A stretch of DNA of 64,000 nt from Bryobacterales bacterium (GCA_963422375.2 OY729427.2:256001-320000), one strand, 5' to 3'; positions 41,487-53,100 are shown, numbered from the stretch's first letter. Notes: generated by a model from the letters alone, not told the origin. A program made the numbers and translations.

Positions 41487-43040
41487 TCATCCTCGTTCGA
41501 CCTCGAAGGCTGTCACATTGCGCGCCTTCCTGCTGAATTCCACGCCAATCAGAAAAATCGTGTGGTCCGATCCGCGGTACTTGTCGGCGTAGCGTCTTGC
41601 CTTAAGCTGTTTCATCGCTGCTCCCCCGGAAGCCGACTCAACCATCTTGAACTCGAGCAAGTAAATGCTCTCCTTGTATCGCACTGCCATGTCCAAGCGT
41701 CCGAGACTGCTGCTGTCTTCGACAGTGATATCCAATCCAAGGGCCGCAAAATACGAATAGAAGACACTCGCATAATATCCTTCGTAGTTCGCAATTTCAT
41801 TATTCGTATGCCACTCGTACAGAATACTAGCAAACAACGATTGAAATAAGACCTTCATCTCACCGAAATCGCACGACTCCAACAGTCTGAAAAAGCGGAT
41901 ACTGCTAGTTCCGAGACGAGTTGTATCCTGAACCAAATAGCGGAGCAGACTTCGATTCAGACCCTGTCGTACTTCACGATTTGGATACCCTAGCCGGAAG
42001 AGTCGCTCTCCTCCTATTTCTTCTTCACCAACGATTGTCAAGTATCCTGTTTGGAACAACAGCGCCTCCGTTGCCATATCGTCGACATCGAACGTGGACA
42101 ATAGATCGCTACTAGCAATGAGATTGTCTAGATCCATTGATCGTACTTGACGTTTGAACAGCGTCTTGACCAAAAAGCTCGGAGTGCCCGTTTCAAACCA
42201 GTAGGACGAGAACCGACGATGGTAAAAGAGTAATAGAATGTCAAACGGGTTGTATACTTTCTCCTCACCGAGCCAACTGTATCCATTGTACCAGTGACGA
42301 ATATTCTTGCGATTTAACCCAGACAGTTCCGCTGAAAACACTCGATCCAAATCTTGGTCGGCATATCCGCAGATGGACGAATATCTTGGATCAATTGTGA
42401 TGTCGATTAGACTGTTCAGTCCAGAAAACAGATTCACTCGTGAAAACTTACTTACGCCTGTAATGAAAGAAAATATAATATGCGAGTCTGCATCCTTTAT
42501 GATCGAATAGATGCCACGAAGATAGTCTCGATTTGTGCGAGCGATCTCCGAATTATCCAGTGCATCCAAGATTGGTTTGTCATATTCATCGATGAGGACA
42601 GCAACCTGATTTCCCGACTTGCGATGGAGCAACTCTAGCAAGTGTCGCAGCCTTTCAGGTCCAGTATCGTAGCCTGAATTTACGTTTTCATGACGCTCCA
42701 CTGCATCTAGTTGGGCCATCAGACTGGTGTGAAGATAGCCTGCTTGATTGAAGTCACCGCTGCCAAAGCTCAGCCTTAGTACAGGATATCGGACAGTCCA
42801 ATCCCAAGAAGTTTGTATTGAGAGTCCTTCGAAAAGCGACCCATTCCCCTCGAATAGCTCTTTAATTGTGTCAAGCAACAAGCTCTTTCCAAACCGTCTC
42901 GGACGAGACAGGAAGAAATGCGTCCCGTCATCCAGAAGTCGTTGAACATACTGGGTCTTGTCCACGTAATAGCAGTCCCGCTCTCGAAGGCTGCGAAATG
43001 ACTGAATGCCAATGGGCAGCCTGCGTCTTGTCGCTCTCAC
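41487..43040 (-). CDS. AAA-ATPase-like protein with C-terminal PD-(D/E)XK nuclease
   Basis: LPIGIQSF, RPRRFGKS, LIDEYDKP, ITGVSKFS, WYNGY, YWFETGTP, YPNREV, EGYY, GRLDM...LLEFK; much lower GC than flanks. Confidence 0.92.
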   Translation of the reverse strand: MRATRRRLPIGIQSFRSLRERDCYYVDKTQYVQRLLDDGTHFFLSRPRRFGKSLLLDTIKELFEGNGSLFEGLSIQTSWDWTVRYPVLRLSFGSGDFNQAGYLHTSLMAQLDAVERHENVNSGYDTGPERLRHLLELLHRKSGNQVAVLIDEYDKPILDALDNSEIARTNRDYLRGIYSIIKDADSHIIFSFITGVSKFSRVNLFSGLNSLIDITIDPRYSSICGYADQDLDRVFSAELSGLNRKNIRHWYNGYSWLGEEKVYNPFDILLLFYHRRFSSYWFETGTPSFLVKTLFKRQVRSMDLDNLIASSDLLSTFDVDDMATEALLFQTGYLTIVGEEEIGGERLFRLGYPNREVRQGLNRSLLRYLVQDTTRLGTSSIRFFRLLESCDFGEMKVLFQSLFASILYEWHTNNEIANYEGYYASVFYSYFAALGLDITVEDSSSLGRLDMAVRYKESIYLLEFKMVESASGGAAMKQLKARRYADKYRGSDHTIFLIGVEFSRKARNVTAFEVERG

Positions 43041-43461
43041 GATATCCACCAACGAGGGCCGCAATGAGGGCAAAGTCCTGCCGTGTCCCGGCATGGTACG
43101 CGAGCTCCCATTGTGGAATAGTCAATTGCACGGTTGGCATAGCTCCGAGACAATGGCGCTCCCCGACCCGGCGAGCGGGCGAACAATCTCCAGTCCGTCA
43201 CTGCACCCGTCCGAACGCAGCAAACGCCTCTGTTCCCGTGCAGTCCGACACGCCTCACAAGCCTATCCTAGCAGTACGCCGAATGCACGCAGGGGCCGTT
43301 CAAGCGCGCTGGGGCGGAAACGCATCCGCGTCCCGGTGTCCCGTTGTCGGACGAGCAGATGCATCCCGCGCGACTTCGGCACGTCGCGGGGGGAGGGGGG
43401 CGACCGCACCGTTCCGGCCGCGACGGGTGCAAGAGGAGCCGCCCCTGATGCCCTTGGAATC

Positions 43462-46317
43462 CTACTCAGGGCGCTCGAAGTCCACCCAGACCGGGCTCGA
43501 CCAAGCGATCTGGCCGTTGCCCTGGACAAGACGCACATGGTAGTGGGCGCTGGCCGTTTGCGGAGCGTTTTCATCGCGGTAGGAAACCGCCATCTCGGTC
43601 GTCCCCGGCTCGGAGCTGTACACGATCTCGCCGCTCCGGATGATCTCGAGGGACGCGACCGGAGCGGTCGCGTGGACGCGGACGGCCAGCTCCGGAGCAC
43701 GGCTCGCCCGGGCCTCGGAACCCATCTTCAGCGGGAGGCCGGTGCGGGCCCGAGCTTCGAACTGCAGCACGATGTTGTCCGTCGCCGCGTAGGTTCGCCG
43801 TTTCTTGATCGCGTCCAGGATCGCCCGGTTGGTGAGTTCCGGAGCCCACACGCAGGCATACGACTGGTGGGTGGACTCGTGGTCGGAATTGGATAGCAAC
43901 CCGATGCGCAATCCCTTCTTCCATGCGTTCCAGACGAAGCCCACAGGCTGGTTGGTGCCGGCCTTCGCGGGCGTGTTTTCCTCCTCGTACGATCCTCTCA
44001 GAGCCTGGAAGACCTCGACGACCGGCTCGGCCCGCGGGTCGTTGTCTCGCCAGTCCGTGCCCCCGCCCCCGGCCGTCGTGTGGGCGATCGCGATGTCGCC
44101 GGTTTTCAGGAGTGCCGGATACAGGCGTTCCGCCCAGCTCTCGTTGCCAGTGAACTCCTCGTCGGAGATCGGGACGGGCTGCATCTCGCGCCGCGTCGAA
44201 ATGACATTGCGATGGCCGCCGGGAAACGTCACGGTGCGCTCGTAGCCGAAGAACGTGGCGAACCGACCGGGCTGGTTGAACATGGTGGCGAGCTGGCGCG
44301 TCCGCCACCACTGGTACTTGTAGTAGTGCAGCCGCTCGGCTCCCGAGTGGTCGGTTACCGCCAGGAAGTCCAGCGCGCCGGCATCGAGCGCGTAGCGGTA
44401 CTGCAGGAGTACGTCGCCGTCTCTCTGGCTGTCGGCGGACAGGTCCGAGTGCCGGTGCAGGTCACCTCGGAACAGCCTCAGCGGCTCCTTGTCAGCCCAG
44501 CGCGCCGCCCGGACCCGCGCTAGGTCGGCGGCCTCGGTGGGGGCGGCATCGACGAATTCGCCGCCGCCTGCGGCGAACGGCCGCATCCGCTCCTCGTTGT
44601 CGAACGCAGCGCCGGCATCGAAGAGGGCGTAGCGCAGCTGGGAGCCGCGCACGTGCGGATTCTCGAATGACCTGCCGTCGGACGGCCAAACCACATGCGC
44701 TCCGCCGTCTGTTCGCGCCAAGGCAATCTGCGCGGATGCGCCCCCCGTGCTGAGCGGAAGATCGACCGCGGGCAGCCAGCGCGCGCCGTCGAATCCCGCG
44801 ACGCGAATGTCCGACATGCCCCGGATCGTGTCGTACCACGGCTGCATGCGCCGCTCGTCGCTGCCGAGCTGGACCAAGAGTTCGTGCTCAGCCGTCGGGA
44901 ACCGCAACATCGACTTGCGGAAGAAAACGTAGGGCACTCCGCCTGCCCCGATGAAGAGCGTCGGGTACTCGTGCAGATCCGACATCCACTTCGGGACGGA
45001 GTCCGCCAGCGACGTCTCGGGCTCCGTCCACTCGCCGTCGGCGTAGCGTGCCAGGCGCACTTCGCTGGTCGCTCGCAGCTGCGTTCCGGGCCGTCCGAGC
45101 ACTCCCCAGTCCTTGCCCCAGTTCGGGCCGGCCTCCGCCCAGGCCAGCCACACCCGATTCCGGGCATCGACCGCCACGGAGGCCTCAATCGCGCGGTTCG
45201 CCCCTGACGGAAGCTCGATCGGCGGGTGAGACACTTCAGCATCCAGCCTCCGGAGAAAAATCCCGTAGCTACCCCGCTCGTAGCTGTCCCAAGCGGCCCA
45301 CACCGAGCCGTCGGGGGCGGCGGCCAAGTCCGGGGCCCAGTCGTTGGCTGCCGAGTCGCTGACAACGAGCGGCTCGGACCAGCGGCCCTCGTAGCGCGAC
45401 GCGACGATATCGAGGCTGTCGCCCCGAAACTCCTGCCACGCTACCCACGGCGCGCCGTCGGTCGCTGTGACGGCGACAGGGAAGAACTGGCGATTCCCGG
45501 AAGGCGACACGTAGACGTCGTCGCCCCAGTCTTCCGCGACGGGATCGAACGCGCGGTCGACAAGCCTCCAGCGATCATCGGCGTACTCGCTCCACAAGAC
45601 GTGGACGCGGCCGTCTGCACCGCTTGCGAGCGCCGTGCCCGAGTAGTCTCCCCATGCCGGCGTCACCCGGTACGTGCTCCACCGCTCGCCCTTGCGCCAG
45701 GCGAGATAGACTGCGTTGGCCTCGCTGTGGAAGGTCGTCCACGCGACGAACAGCCCGCGCGGCGTCGAGACAGCCGCCGGGAGATCGTGCTGGCTGGCTT
45801 CCCCCCGGGTCAGCGGCCTTGCCGCCGGCGCGCCGACGGCTGCCGCCTCCCCACCGAAGAACTCGATCCTGCCCTTCGAGTCGAGCTCGGCGAGGCCGAA
45901 TTCGAACTCCCCGCGATTCGTCTGCACCGAGAGGCTCGCGGTCGGCGGGGCCTCCACGCTCAGGTAGACGCCGTTGGGCAGGATTGGGACGCCTTGGGGC
46001 AACTCGATGCGGAGGCGGTACCCGGCGTCCTGCGGGCTGAACTCGCGGGCCTCGAAGTCCCAGCCGCTCGCGCCGACGATCCGATCGGGCCGGTTGAAGT
46101 GCCAGCCCCAGGTGGAATGGATGGTTCCGGCCGAGACCGCCGCCCGCCCGGTCCAGCGCAGCGGCTCGGTTGCGCGAAGCCCGAATTCCAGCTTCACCAC
46201 GCGGTTCGCCGTGGGGTGGTCGATCACGGTCCGAGGCGTCTCGACGCCCTCCGCTCCGCGAGGCGCGGTCAGCGCCAATAAGGCAGCGGCAGCGATGGCG
46301 GTCCGGTGCAGTCGCAT
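43462..46317 (-). CDS. Large secreted protein: beta-propeller-like repeats + PHP-like (DUF3604/CehA-McbA-like) metallohydrolase
   Basis: Signal peptide, repeated WVAW/WLAW strands, GDLHRHSDLS, DFLAVTDH, GHRN, SNSDH, AWSSPVWV. Confidence 0.75.
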   Translation of the reverse strand: MRLHRTAIAAAALLALTAPRGAEGVETPRTVIDHPTANRVVKLEFGLRATEPLRWTGRAAVSAGTIHSTWGWHFNRPDRIVGASGWDFEAREFSPQDAGYRLRIELPQGVPILPNGVYLSVEAPPTASLSVQTNRGEFEFGLAELDSKGRIEFFGGEAAAVGAPAARPLTRGEASQHDLPAAVSTPRGLFVAWTTFHSEANAVYLAWRKGERWSTYRVTPAWGDYSGTALASGADGRVHVLWSEYADDRWRLVDRAFDPVAEDWGDDVYVSPSGNRQFFPVAVTATDGAPWVAWQEFRGDSLDIVASRYEGRWSEPLVVSDSAANDWAPDLAAAPDGSVWAAWDSYERGSYGIFLRRLDAEVSHPPIELPSGANRAIEASVAVDARNRVWLAWAEAGPNWGKDWGVLGRPGTQLRATSEVRLARYADGEWTEPETSLADSVPKWMSDLHEYPTLFIGAGGVPYVFFRKSMLRFPTAEHELLVQLGSDERRMQPWYDTIRGMSDIRVAGFDGARWLPAVDLPLSTGGASAQIALARTDGGAHVVWPSDGRSFENPHVRGSQLRYALFDAGAAFDNEERMRPFAAGGGEFVDAAPTEAADLARVRAARWADKEPLRLFRGDLHRHSDLSADSQRDGDVLLQYRYALDAGALDFLAVTDHSGAERLHYYKYQWWRTRQLATMFNQPGRFATFFGYERTVTFPGGHRNVISTRREMQPVPISDEEFTGNESWAERLYPALLKTGDIAIAHTTAGGGGTDWRDNDPRAEPVVEVFQALRGSYEEENTPAKAGTNQPVGFVWNAWKKGLRIGLLSNSDHESTHQSYACVWAPELTNRAILDAIKKRRTYAATDNIVLQFEARARTGLPLKMGSEARASRAPELAVRVHATAPVASLEIIRSGEIVYSSEPGTTEMAVSYRDENAPQTASAHYHVRLVQGNGQIAWSSPVWVDFERPE

Positions 46318-46479
46318 CGCTGGGAATCCTACCAGCTTGGCCGTGATCCGAGAGAATCAGGACGCGGGCGGGCTCATCGCGAGCGACCAGAGTCCGGAGT
46401 TCGGGGCATGGAATCCGGTCGCCCGGCCCGAGCAGGCAGCGAGGAACGCTGCTAGACTCAACGCCATTGGAGGCATCCG

Positions 46480-47505
46480 GTGAAACGCATTCTAGTGCTC
46501 TTGCTCGCCATCTCGGCGGTGACTTTCGCGGCCGACAAGAAGATCGTGATTCGCGCCCTGTCCGGCGGCTTCGCCTACGACGACGACGCCATTGCCGCAT
46601 ACAAGAAGGAGGCCGGCAAGGACGCTGACATCGTCGTCGCGCGCTCCATGGAGCAGTTCGCGAAGGAGGTCGCGGACGCGGACGGAGTCGTTGGCGGCAT
46701 CAGCAAGGACCTCTTCCCCATGGCGAAGAAGCTCGCGTGGGTGCAGTCGACCAGCGCCGGCGTCGAGGCGTACAGCTTCTGGCCCGAGTTCATGCAGAGC
46801 GACGTCCAGCTGACGAACTGCAAGGTAGTCCAGGGCCCGACGATCGGGGACCACGCGTTCGCCCTCCTGCTCACGCTGACGCGCGGGATGTACGACTACG
46901 CACCCAACCGCCGCCAGTGGAAGTCGAGGAACGACGCTCCCAAGGGCATGACCGAGCTACCGGGCTTGACGGCGGTGATCATCGGCATGGGCGGCATCGG
47001 CATGCAGATCGCGCAGCGCGCGCATGGTTTCGGAATGGACGTGATCGGCGTCGACCCCAAGAACATCCCGGTCAGCAACTACGCCCCGACGATCGTGCCC
47101 CCGGACCGGCTCGACGAGGTTCTGCCGCGGGGCGACGTGGTGTTCGTGGCGGCTCCTCTGACTCCCGAGAGCGAGCATATGATCGCGTCCAAGCAGTTCG
47201 GCCTGATGAAGCAGGGCGCCTACTTCGTCGCGGTGTCCCGCGGGCGCCTCTACGACAAGGGCGCGCTGATCAAGGCCATCGACAGCCAGAAGCTCGCTGG
47301 GGCCGGCCTGGACGTGACCGATCCCGAGCCGCTTCCGGCCGACGACCCGCTGTGGCAGTTCGACAACATCGTAATCACGCCGCACGTGGCTTCCCACGCG
47401 AAGGGATCCGACACCCGGCGGCTGGGCGTGATTGCCGGCAATGTGGGCAGGTTTGCCCGCGACGAGCCGCTCACGCACCTAATCGACAAGTCGGTGGGCT
47501 ACTAG
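46480..47505 (+). CDS. D-2-hydroxyacid dehydrogenase family protein with N-terminal signal peptide
   Basis: SAGVE, GMGGIG Rossmann motif, VSRG, GAGLDVTDPEPL, TPHVA; GGAGG + GTG start. Confidence 0.9.
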   Translation: MKRILVLLLAISAVTFAADKKIVIRALSGGFAYDDDAIAAYKKEAGKDADIVVARSMEQFAKEVADADGVVGGISKDLFPMAKKLAWVQSTSAGVEAYSFWPEFMQSDVQLTNCKVVQGPTIGDHAFALLLTLTRGMYDYAPNRRQWKSRNDAPKGMTELPGLTAVIIGMGGIGMQIAQRAHGFGMDVIGVDPKNIPVSNYAPTIVPPDRLDEVLPRGDVVFVAAPLTPESEHMIASKQFGLMKQGAYFVAVSRGRLYDKGALIKAIDSQKLAGAGLDVTDPEPLPADDPLWQFDNIVITPHVASHAKGSDTRRLGVIAGNVGRFARDEPLTHLIDKSVGY

Positions 47506-48030
47506 CGCCGCGAGCGGCAGACCTTCTCCATCGCGTGGAAGCGATGGCCGCGCCGTGTTCGAGCGAGGCGGCCGGATGGCCTCCGCGGCACGGTTTCGCT
47601 TGATGCAGCAGCGTCCAGCGAGCCGGATCCAAGCCCCGCTCGGCGAGCGGGCCGCGCCCGCCTCCTCGGTGTCGGGGCCTTGGCGTAGCGGACTGTTACC
47701 GGTCGACCTTTCGCACGAGAAGCGGCTGTGGCGGGCATTGCGGCCGCCCCGAAGTCAAATCGGAGGGTTCCTTCGGCAGAGGGCGGTGTCGGCACGGGCA
47801 GGCAGACGCTGGCGATTTGGCGGCAGCGGGCAAAGGCGGGAACCTATGCGAAGCAACATGACTCCTGACAAGACGCTGGCGAGCGCACGCCGGCTCCCGA
47901 GACGGGCGGGCCGCAGAGAGAGACCTGTTGCGCCAAATTGAAACGGCATTGCAGCAGGGCTGCGGCGACGGCCCGGCCCTCCTGCAAGTCTCTTCGGAGC
48001 GTCGGTAGCGAGAGCGGCGGCCTGGGGACT

Positions 48031-50070
48031 TCACGGCCGGACAACCCCCAGGGCCTGCTTGACCTCCTCGTCTCCCGGCAGGAGTTCCAGAGCGCGGCCC
48101 AACTCCCTGGCGGCGCTGGCGTAGTCCCCCGAATGCCCGTACACCAGTCCGAAGTTCTTGTGGATCTGGCCCCGAGCGGGGCAGGCCCCGCAGGCGTCGA
48201 GGGCCCGGCGAAACAGATCGAAGGCCCTGTCCCAGCGCTCGCGCTCCGCTGCCGCGAGCGCGAAGTTCCACAGCGTGCCAGCCCGGTCCGTGTCCTGCTC
48301 TTCCGCCTTGAGCGCGGCGAATCGCTCGCGGTGCTCCCGCGCCCTTTCCGGGGCGGTCTCGCCGAGGGCCTGGGCTAGGTTGTAAATCGCCTCCTTGTGG
48401 CTTGGGTCGAGCGCGACGGCCCGCTCCAAGTGCGGAAGCGCTTCCGTCGCCTGCCCGGCCTGCGCCAGCGCCAGGCCGAGGTCGTAGTGCAATTGCGTGT
48501 CGCGTGGCTCCGCCTCGGCCGCTAGCCGGAGAAGGTCGATGGCCCGGGCATCGTTTCCGACCGCTCTCTCGATGGAGCCCAGCAGCTGCAAGGCGGGAGC
48601 GTACTTCGGGTTGAGCCCGACCGCCGTCTCGAGAGCCTCCCGCGCTTCGGCCGACCGTCCGAGATCGCGCAGCGCCCGGCCTCGGTTGCAGTGCGCCAGG
48701 TAGGATTCCGGATCCAAGCGGACGGCCAGGTCAAACGAGGCCAGCGCCTCGTCCAGCCGACCGCCCTCGGCCAGCGCGATGCCGAGGTTCAGCCGCGCCG
48801 CGGCGGACGATGGATCGGCACGGACGATCAGCTCGAAGTGCGGCACGGCCTCGAGCGGTCGCTTCAGGCGGGTCAGCACCATGGCAAGACCCTGACGAGC
48901 CGCGACGCTGTCCGGAGCGAGGCGCGCCGCCGCCTCGATCTGCGCCAGGGCGTCGGCGAAGCTTCCCTTCTCCGCCAGCTTGAAGCCTAGGTTGAGGCGG
49001 GCCTCGGCGTAGTCCGGCTTCAATTCGACCGCCTTGCGGAACATGGCCTCCGCCAAGGGCCCCCTGCCCAGGCTCTCGTAGGCGACGCCAAGGTTGGCGT
49101 GCGCCTCGGCATGTGCGGGATCCTGCCGGATCACCTGCTGGTACATCTCCCTGGCCCGTTCGGGATCGCCCGCGCTCATGCTCTTCTCGGCCTGACGCAG
49201 GAGCACGGAGATGCGGGAGGCCCGCTGGGCGCTCTGCCTCAAGGCCTCGAACCGCGCCATCTCGGATTCGCTCTCGGCGGCCCTGCCGGCCTGCAATAGC
49301 ACCTTGGCCAGGCGGTAGCGGATGTCGGGGTTGTCGGGCTGCACCGCCGCCGCCTTGCGCAGAAAGGCCTGCGATTCCTCGTCGGCTCCGCGCTCGGCCA
49401 GCACGGCCCCGAGGTTGAACAGGGCGTCCGCGTGGCTAGGGTCGATCCCGACGGCCCGCCGGAACTCCCTCTCGGCCTCGTCGAGCCGGTCGAGCCGTCT
49501 CAGGGCCAAGCCGCGCACGTAGCGGCCCTCGAAGCCTTGCAAGGCCTCCCCGACCAGCGCGGCATAGCGGTCGACCTCCGCGAGCGCCTCGTCGAACCGC
49601 ATGCCCCGCACTAGCACCTTGCCCAGCGTCAGGCGCGCCTCGGCCCGCGACGGATCGAGCGAGAGGCCGCTGCGCAGCGCCTCGGCCGCCTCGGCGTAGC
49701 GCCCCAGTTCCGCGAGCACCGTCCCGTAGTTGAAATGGATCGTGGCCTGGCCCGGATAAGCCGCGACGGCCCGCTCGAGAACCGCTGCGGCGGCGGCAGT
49801 GTCCCCGTCGCGCCGATATCGCTCCGCTTCGGCCAGACTCGCTCGGGGCGTCTGGGCGCAGAGCCCGGCGACCAGCACGCAGGCCGCTCCCAGGACTAGT
49901 CGGAATGCGCCCCTGCCGATAAGAACATGCCTCCGCGCCGACCCTGGCTGAAGGGACTTCAAGGCATCCCACCCTTCGGAATCCCAGTATGCACGCCGCC
50001 AGCCCACGGCACCTGCGCGAGCAGGCTCTACGCGGACCGGCCAAGGCTGCGCGAGACCGCCCGTTTTCAC
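48031..50070 (-). CDS. Secreted multi-TPR protein
   Basis: More than 12 TPR motifs (A...NLG..L...G...EA...F..A..L.P); start uncertain, probably near 49960. Confidence 0.88.
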   Translation of the reverse strand: MKTGGLAQPWPVRVEPARAGAVGWRRAYWDSEGWDALKSLQPGSARRHVLIGRGAFRLVLGAACVLVAGLCAQTPRASLAEAERYRRDGDTAAAAAVLERAVAAYPGQATIHFNYGTVLAELGRYAEAAEALRSGLSLDPSRAEARLTLGKVLVRGMRFDEALAEVDRYAALVGEALQGFEGRYVRGLALRRLDRLDEAEREFRRAVGIDPSHADALFNLGAVLAERGADEESQAFLRKAAAVQPDNPDIRYRLAKVLLQAGRAAESESEMARFEALRQSAQRASRISVLLRQAEKSMSAGDPERAREMYQQVIRQDPAHAEAHANLGVAYESLGRGPLAEAMFRKAVELKPDYAEARLNLGFKLAEKGSFADALAQIEAAARLAPDSVAARQGLAMVLTRLKRPLEAVPHFELIVRADPSSAAARLNLGIALAEGGRLDEALASFDLAVRLDPESYLAHCNRGRALRDLGRSAEAREALETAVGLNPKYAPALQLLGSIERAVGNDARAIDLLRLAAEAEPRDTQLHYDLGLALAQAGQATEALPHLERAVALDPSHKEAIYNLAQALGETAPERAREHRERFAALKAEEQDTDRAGTLWNFALAAAERERWDRAFDLFRRALDACGACPARGQIHKNFGLVYGHSGDYASAARELGRALELLPGDEEVKQALGVVRP

Positions 50071-50112
50071 GGCGGTCTCGCATCGATGATCGAGCCGACC
50101 CGTCCTGCCGGG

Positions 50113-53100
50113 TCAAAAGTAGAGCTTCAAGCCCATCTGGATCTGGCGCGACCGGTTCGCCGTCCCGAGCACCCGGCCGAAGTTCCCACGGCTGATGTTG
50201 GAGGATGGCGCGGCGTACTGCGGGGAGTTGAAACCGTTGAAGAACTCCACGCGGTATTCCATCCTAAACGTCTCCGTAAAGGAGAATATCTTGAAGAACG
50301 AGAAGTCGACGTTGTTGATTCCGTCGGCTCGCAAGGAGTTCCGCCCGGCGTTCCCGAACGTACCGGTCTGGGGCACTGCGAAGGCTGCCTTGTTGAGCCA
50401 TACGGCCGGCGTGGGGTTCGACGGATTCGGGTCGCCTACATAATCCGGCCGGTAGCGGCCGTTTGGCAGGCCGGTCCCGGCGATATCGCCGTTGACGTTC
50501 GGGGTGTAGGGCTGGCCCGAAGTGAAGAGCGCCAGACCGTTGAACTTCCAGCCTCCTAGGATCGCTTGCAGTGCGGGGCTGTCGAAGCGGAACGGCAGTT
50601 CGTACACCCAGTTGAAATTCAGGTTGTGCGTGAGGTCAATCCCGGACACGCTGCGATCCAAGTTGAAGTTGTAGGGATTCTGCTGGGAGCAGTTCTCCAC
50701 GAACCACCCGGAGCACCCGATGTCAATCGACTTGGCCCAAGTGTAGTTGACCATGAAGGCGAGGCCCTTGGAGAACCGGCGGTTGTACTGGGCCTGCAGG
50801 GAATGGTAGTTGCTGCGCCCCCACGACGTGAGGTAGTTGTTCGCGCGGAAGAGCGGGAACGGAGCGCGCTGGCGCGCCTCCGACGGCTTCCCGGGAGTGA
50901 GAGCGACGTTGTAGTAGGTCCCGAGCGGCATCCGGCGGTTGCCGGACCCGACGTAGTTGACTTGCAGCATGGTCGCGTCGTCGAGCTGGCGCTGAATGCC
51001 GAAGTTCCACGTCATCGAGTAGCCGTTGTCCATGCGCGGATCGGAGTACCAAGCCCCTTGGTTGTAAGGCGTGGCGGTAGGCAGGATGCCGGTCGGCGCG
51101 GGGTTCTTGGCGGAGACGTTCGGGACCGTGTCGGCCGGATTCGTGCCGTTCTGCAGCTTCCTGCCCACGTCGGGCCAGGTGTGCCCGAGATTCTGCGTGT
51201 TCTGCGTCACTCCGGCGAAGTTGTCGAAGAACACGCCGGTGGACAAGCGGATGGCTGTGCGCTCGGTCAACCTGTAGGCAAGACCCAGACGCGGCTGCCA
51301 GCTCTTCGGCCACGGGTCCTGGACGTATCCGTTGGCCGCGACCTGCACGCGGTCCGGGAGGGCACCGCTCGGATCGGGCAGGCAGGGCGCCACGCGCTTG
51401 ACCTCGCACGTGGGAGGAGCGGCGGTGATCCAGTAGATGCCGTCGTTGTAGTCGATGTTGCCGAACTCGACGGAGTTCTCCTCCGGATTCCCGAAGCGCG
51501 GGAGAACGGTGGCGTCTAGGCGCAAGCCGATGTTCACGGTCAGCTTCGGGGTGACCTTCCACGAGTCCTGCGCGAAGAAGGAATACAGAGCGCCACCGCG
51601 AGCGCGCTTATGAAAATCCCTCCTGGACCATGCGTTCGGGACGTTGAGCAGGAACGACGCCAGCGGATGGCCCGTGCTGCCGGGGCTGGCCGGGCTGGCC
51701 GTGCCGACCGTGCTGAAGTTGTTGGTGTGGTCGTTGGTCCTGCCGAAGTGGCCGATGATGTTGTACTCGGCACCGATCTTGAAGGTGTGGTTACCCGCAA
51801 TCTTCGTGTAGTCGCCCTTGTACTGCCACGTGTCGCTGGTGCGGGTGTAGCCGATGCGCTCGCCGCCCCCGAAGTACTGGGCAACGCCCACGTTCGGCAC
51901 GTAGGATGTCCCGCCGCGAAATCCGCCCGCGAATTCGGGGTTCCATCCGACGGTGGAGATGAATCCGTCGGGCACGTTCGCGAAAGAGTTGCCAGTGTCG
52001 CGCTTGACGTCCGTCCGCGCGAACGAGACCTGCAGGATGCTGGTCGGATCGAACGTATGGACCCAGTTGGCGGCGACATTCAGATTCTCGATGTCCACGA
52101 AGCTCGTGAGGCCCTGCCGCCCGGCTGACCCGGTCTGGTTGCTGAACTGGCCGCTCACGCGGACGAAGGCGGCGTCGGCATCGCTGAAACGGTGGTCTAT
52201 CCGCCCGGAATACTCGTCCTGGTCGAGGGCGGTACCCGTCGTATCGCGCTGATTGAGGTTCCCCAAGTCGGTGCCGAGGCTGATCGGCATCGGCACGGTC
52301 TGCTCGAGGTAGTAGAGAAATCCCGCGTCGAGCCGGCTCGGCGGAATGAAGTTGTTGCCGAAGGGTTCGCGCACGGCCTTCCCGTCCGGCCCGACGGTCG
52401 TCGAGTACGGATCGAAGATCTGCCTGCTCGAGTCGCTGAGGTCCCCGCCCCTGTTAGCCGCGGTGGGGACTTGATAGTTCCGATTGGCCGGAGCGCGGTT
52501 GGTGAACCGCTGGACCGCCGCGTAGTAGAAGGTCCTGTTCCGCACTACCGGCCCGCCGATCGTCGCTCCGAACATGTTCTGCACGAGCGACGCCTTGTCC
52601 TTGAGGAAGGTGTTGCGAGCATCCAGGTTGTCGTTGCGGTGGAACCACCAGCCGCTTCCACTGACCTTGTTGGCGCCGGACTTGGTCACAACGTTGACTA
52701 CCCCGCCGGTGACGCTGCCGAACTCGGCCAGGTCGTTGTGGGACTGGACCTTGAACTCCTGGATCGCGTCGATGATCGGCGGCACGGCGTAGGTGCTCGT
52801 CATCGTGCCCTGGTTGTTCACGCCGTCCGTCAGAAAAAGGTTGCTGCGGTTGTTCTGGCCGTTGATCGACGGGAAGCTGAACGTGCCCACGGACGTGCTG
52901 CCGAAGCCGCCCCGGCTCTGCGCGACGTTGACGGGCGAGGCGCCGGGCGTGAGCATGAGCAGCTGGGTGAAGTTGCGCCCGTTGAGCGGCAGGTCCACGA
53001 CCTGCTGCTCGGTCATCGCCGTGCCCAGTTCGGAGGACGACGACTGCACCTGCGCACCGATCGCCTCGACCGTCACGGACTCGGTGACGGCGCCGACCTC

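Noticed and set aside
47506..48030. Intergenic stretch possibly an IS remnant
   Set aside because: No recognisable transposase motif or terminal repeats
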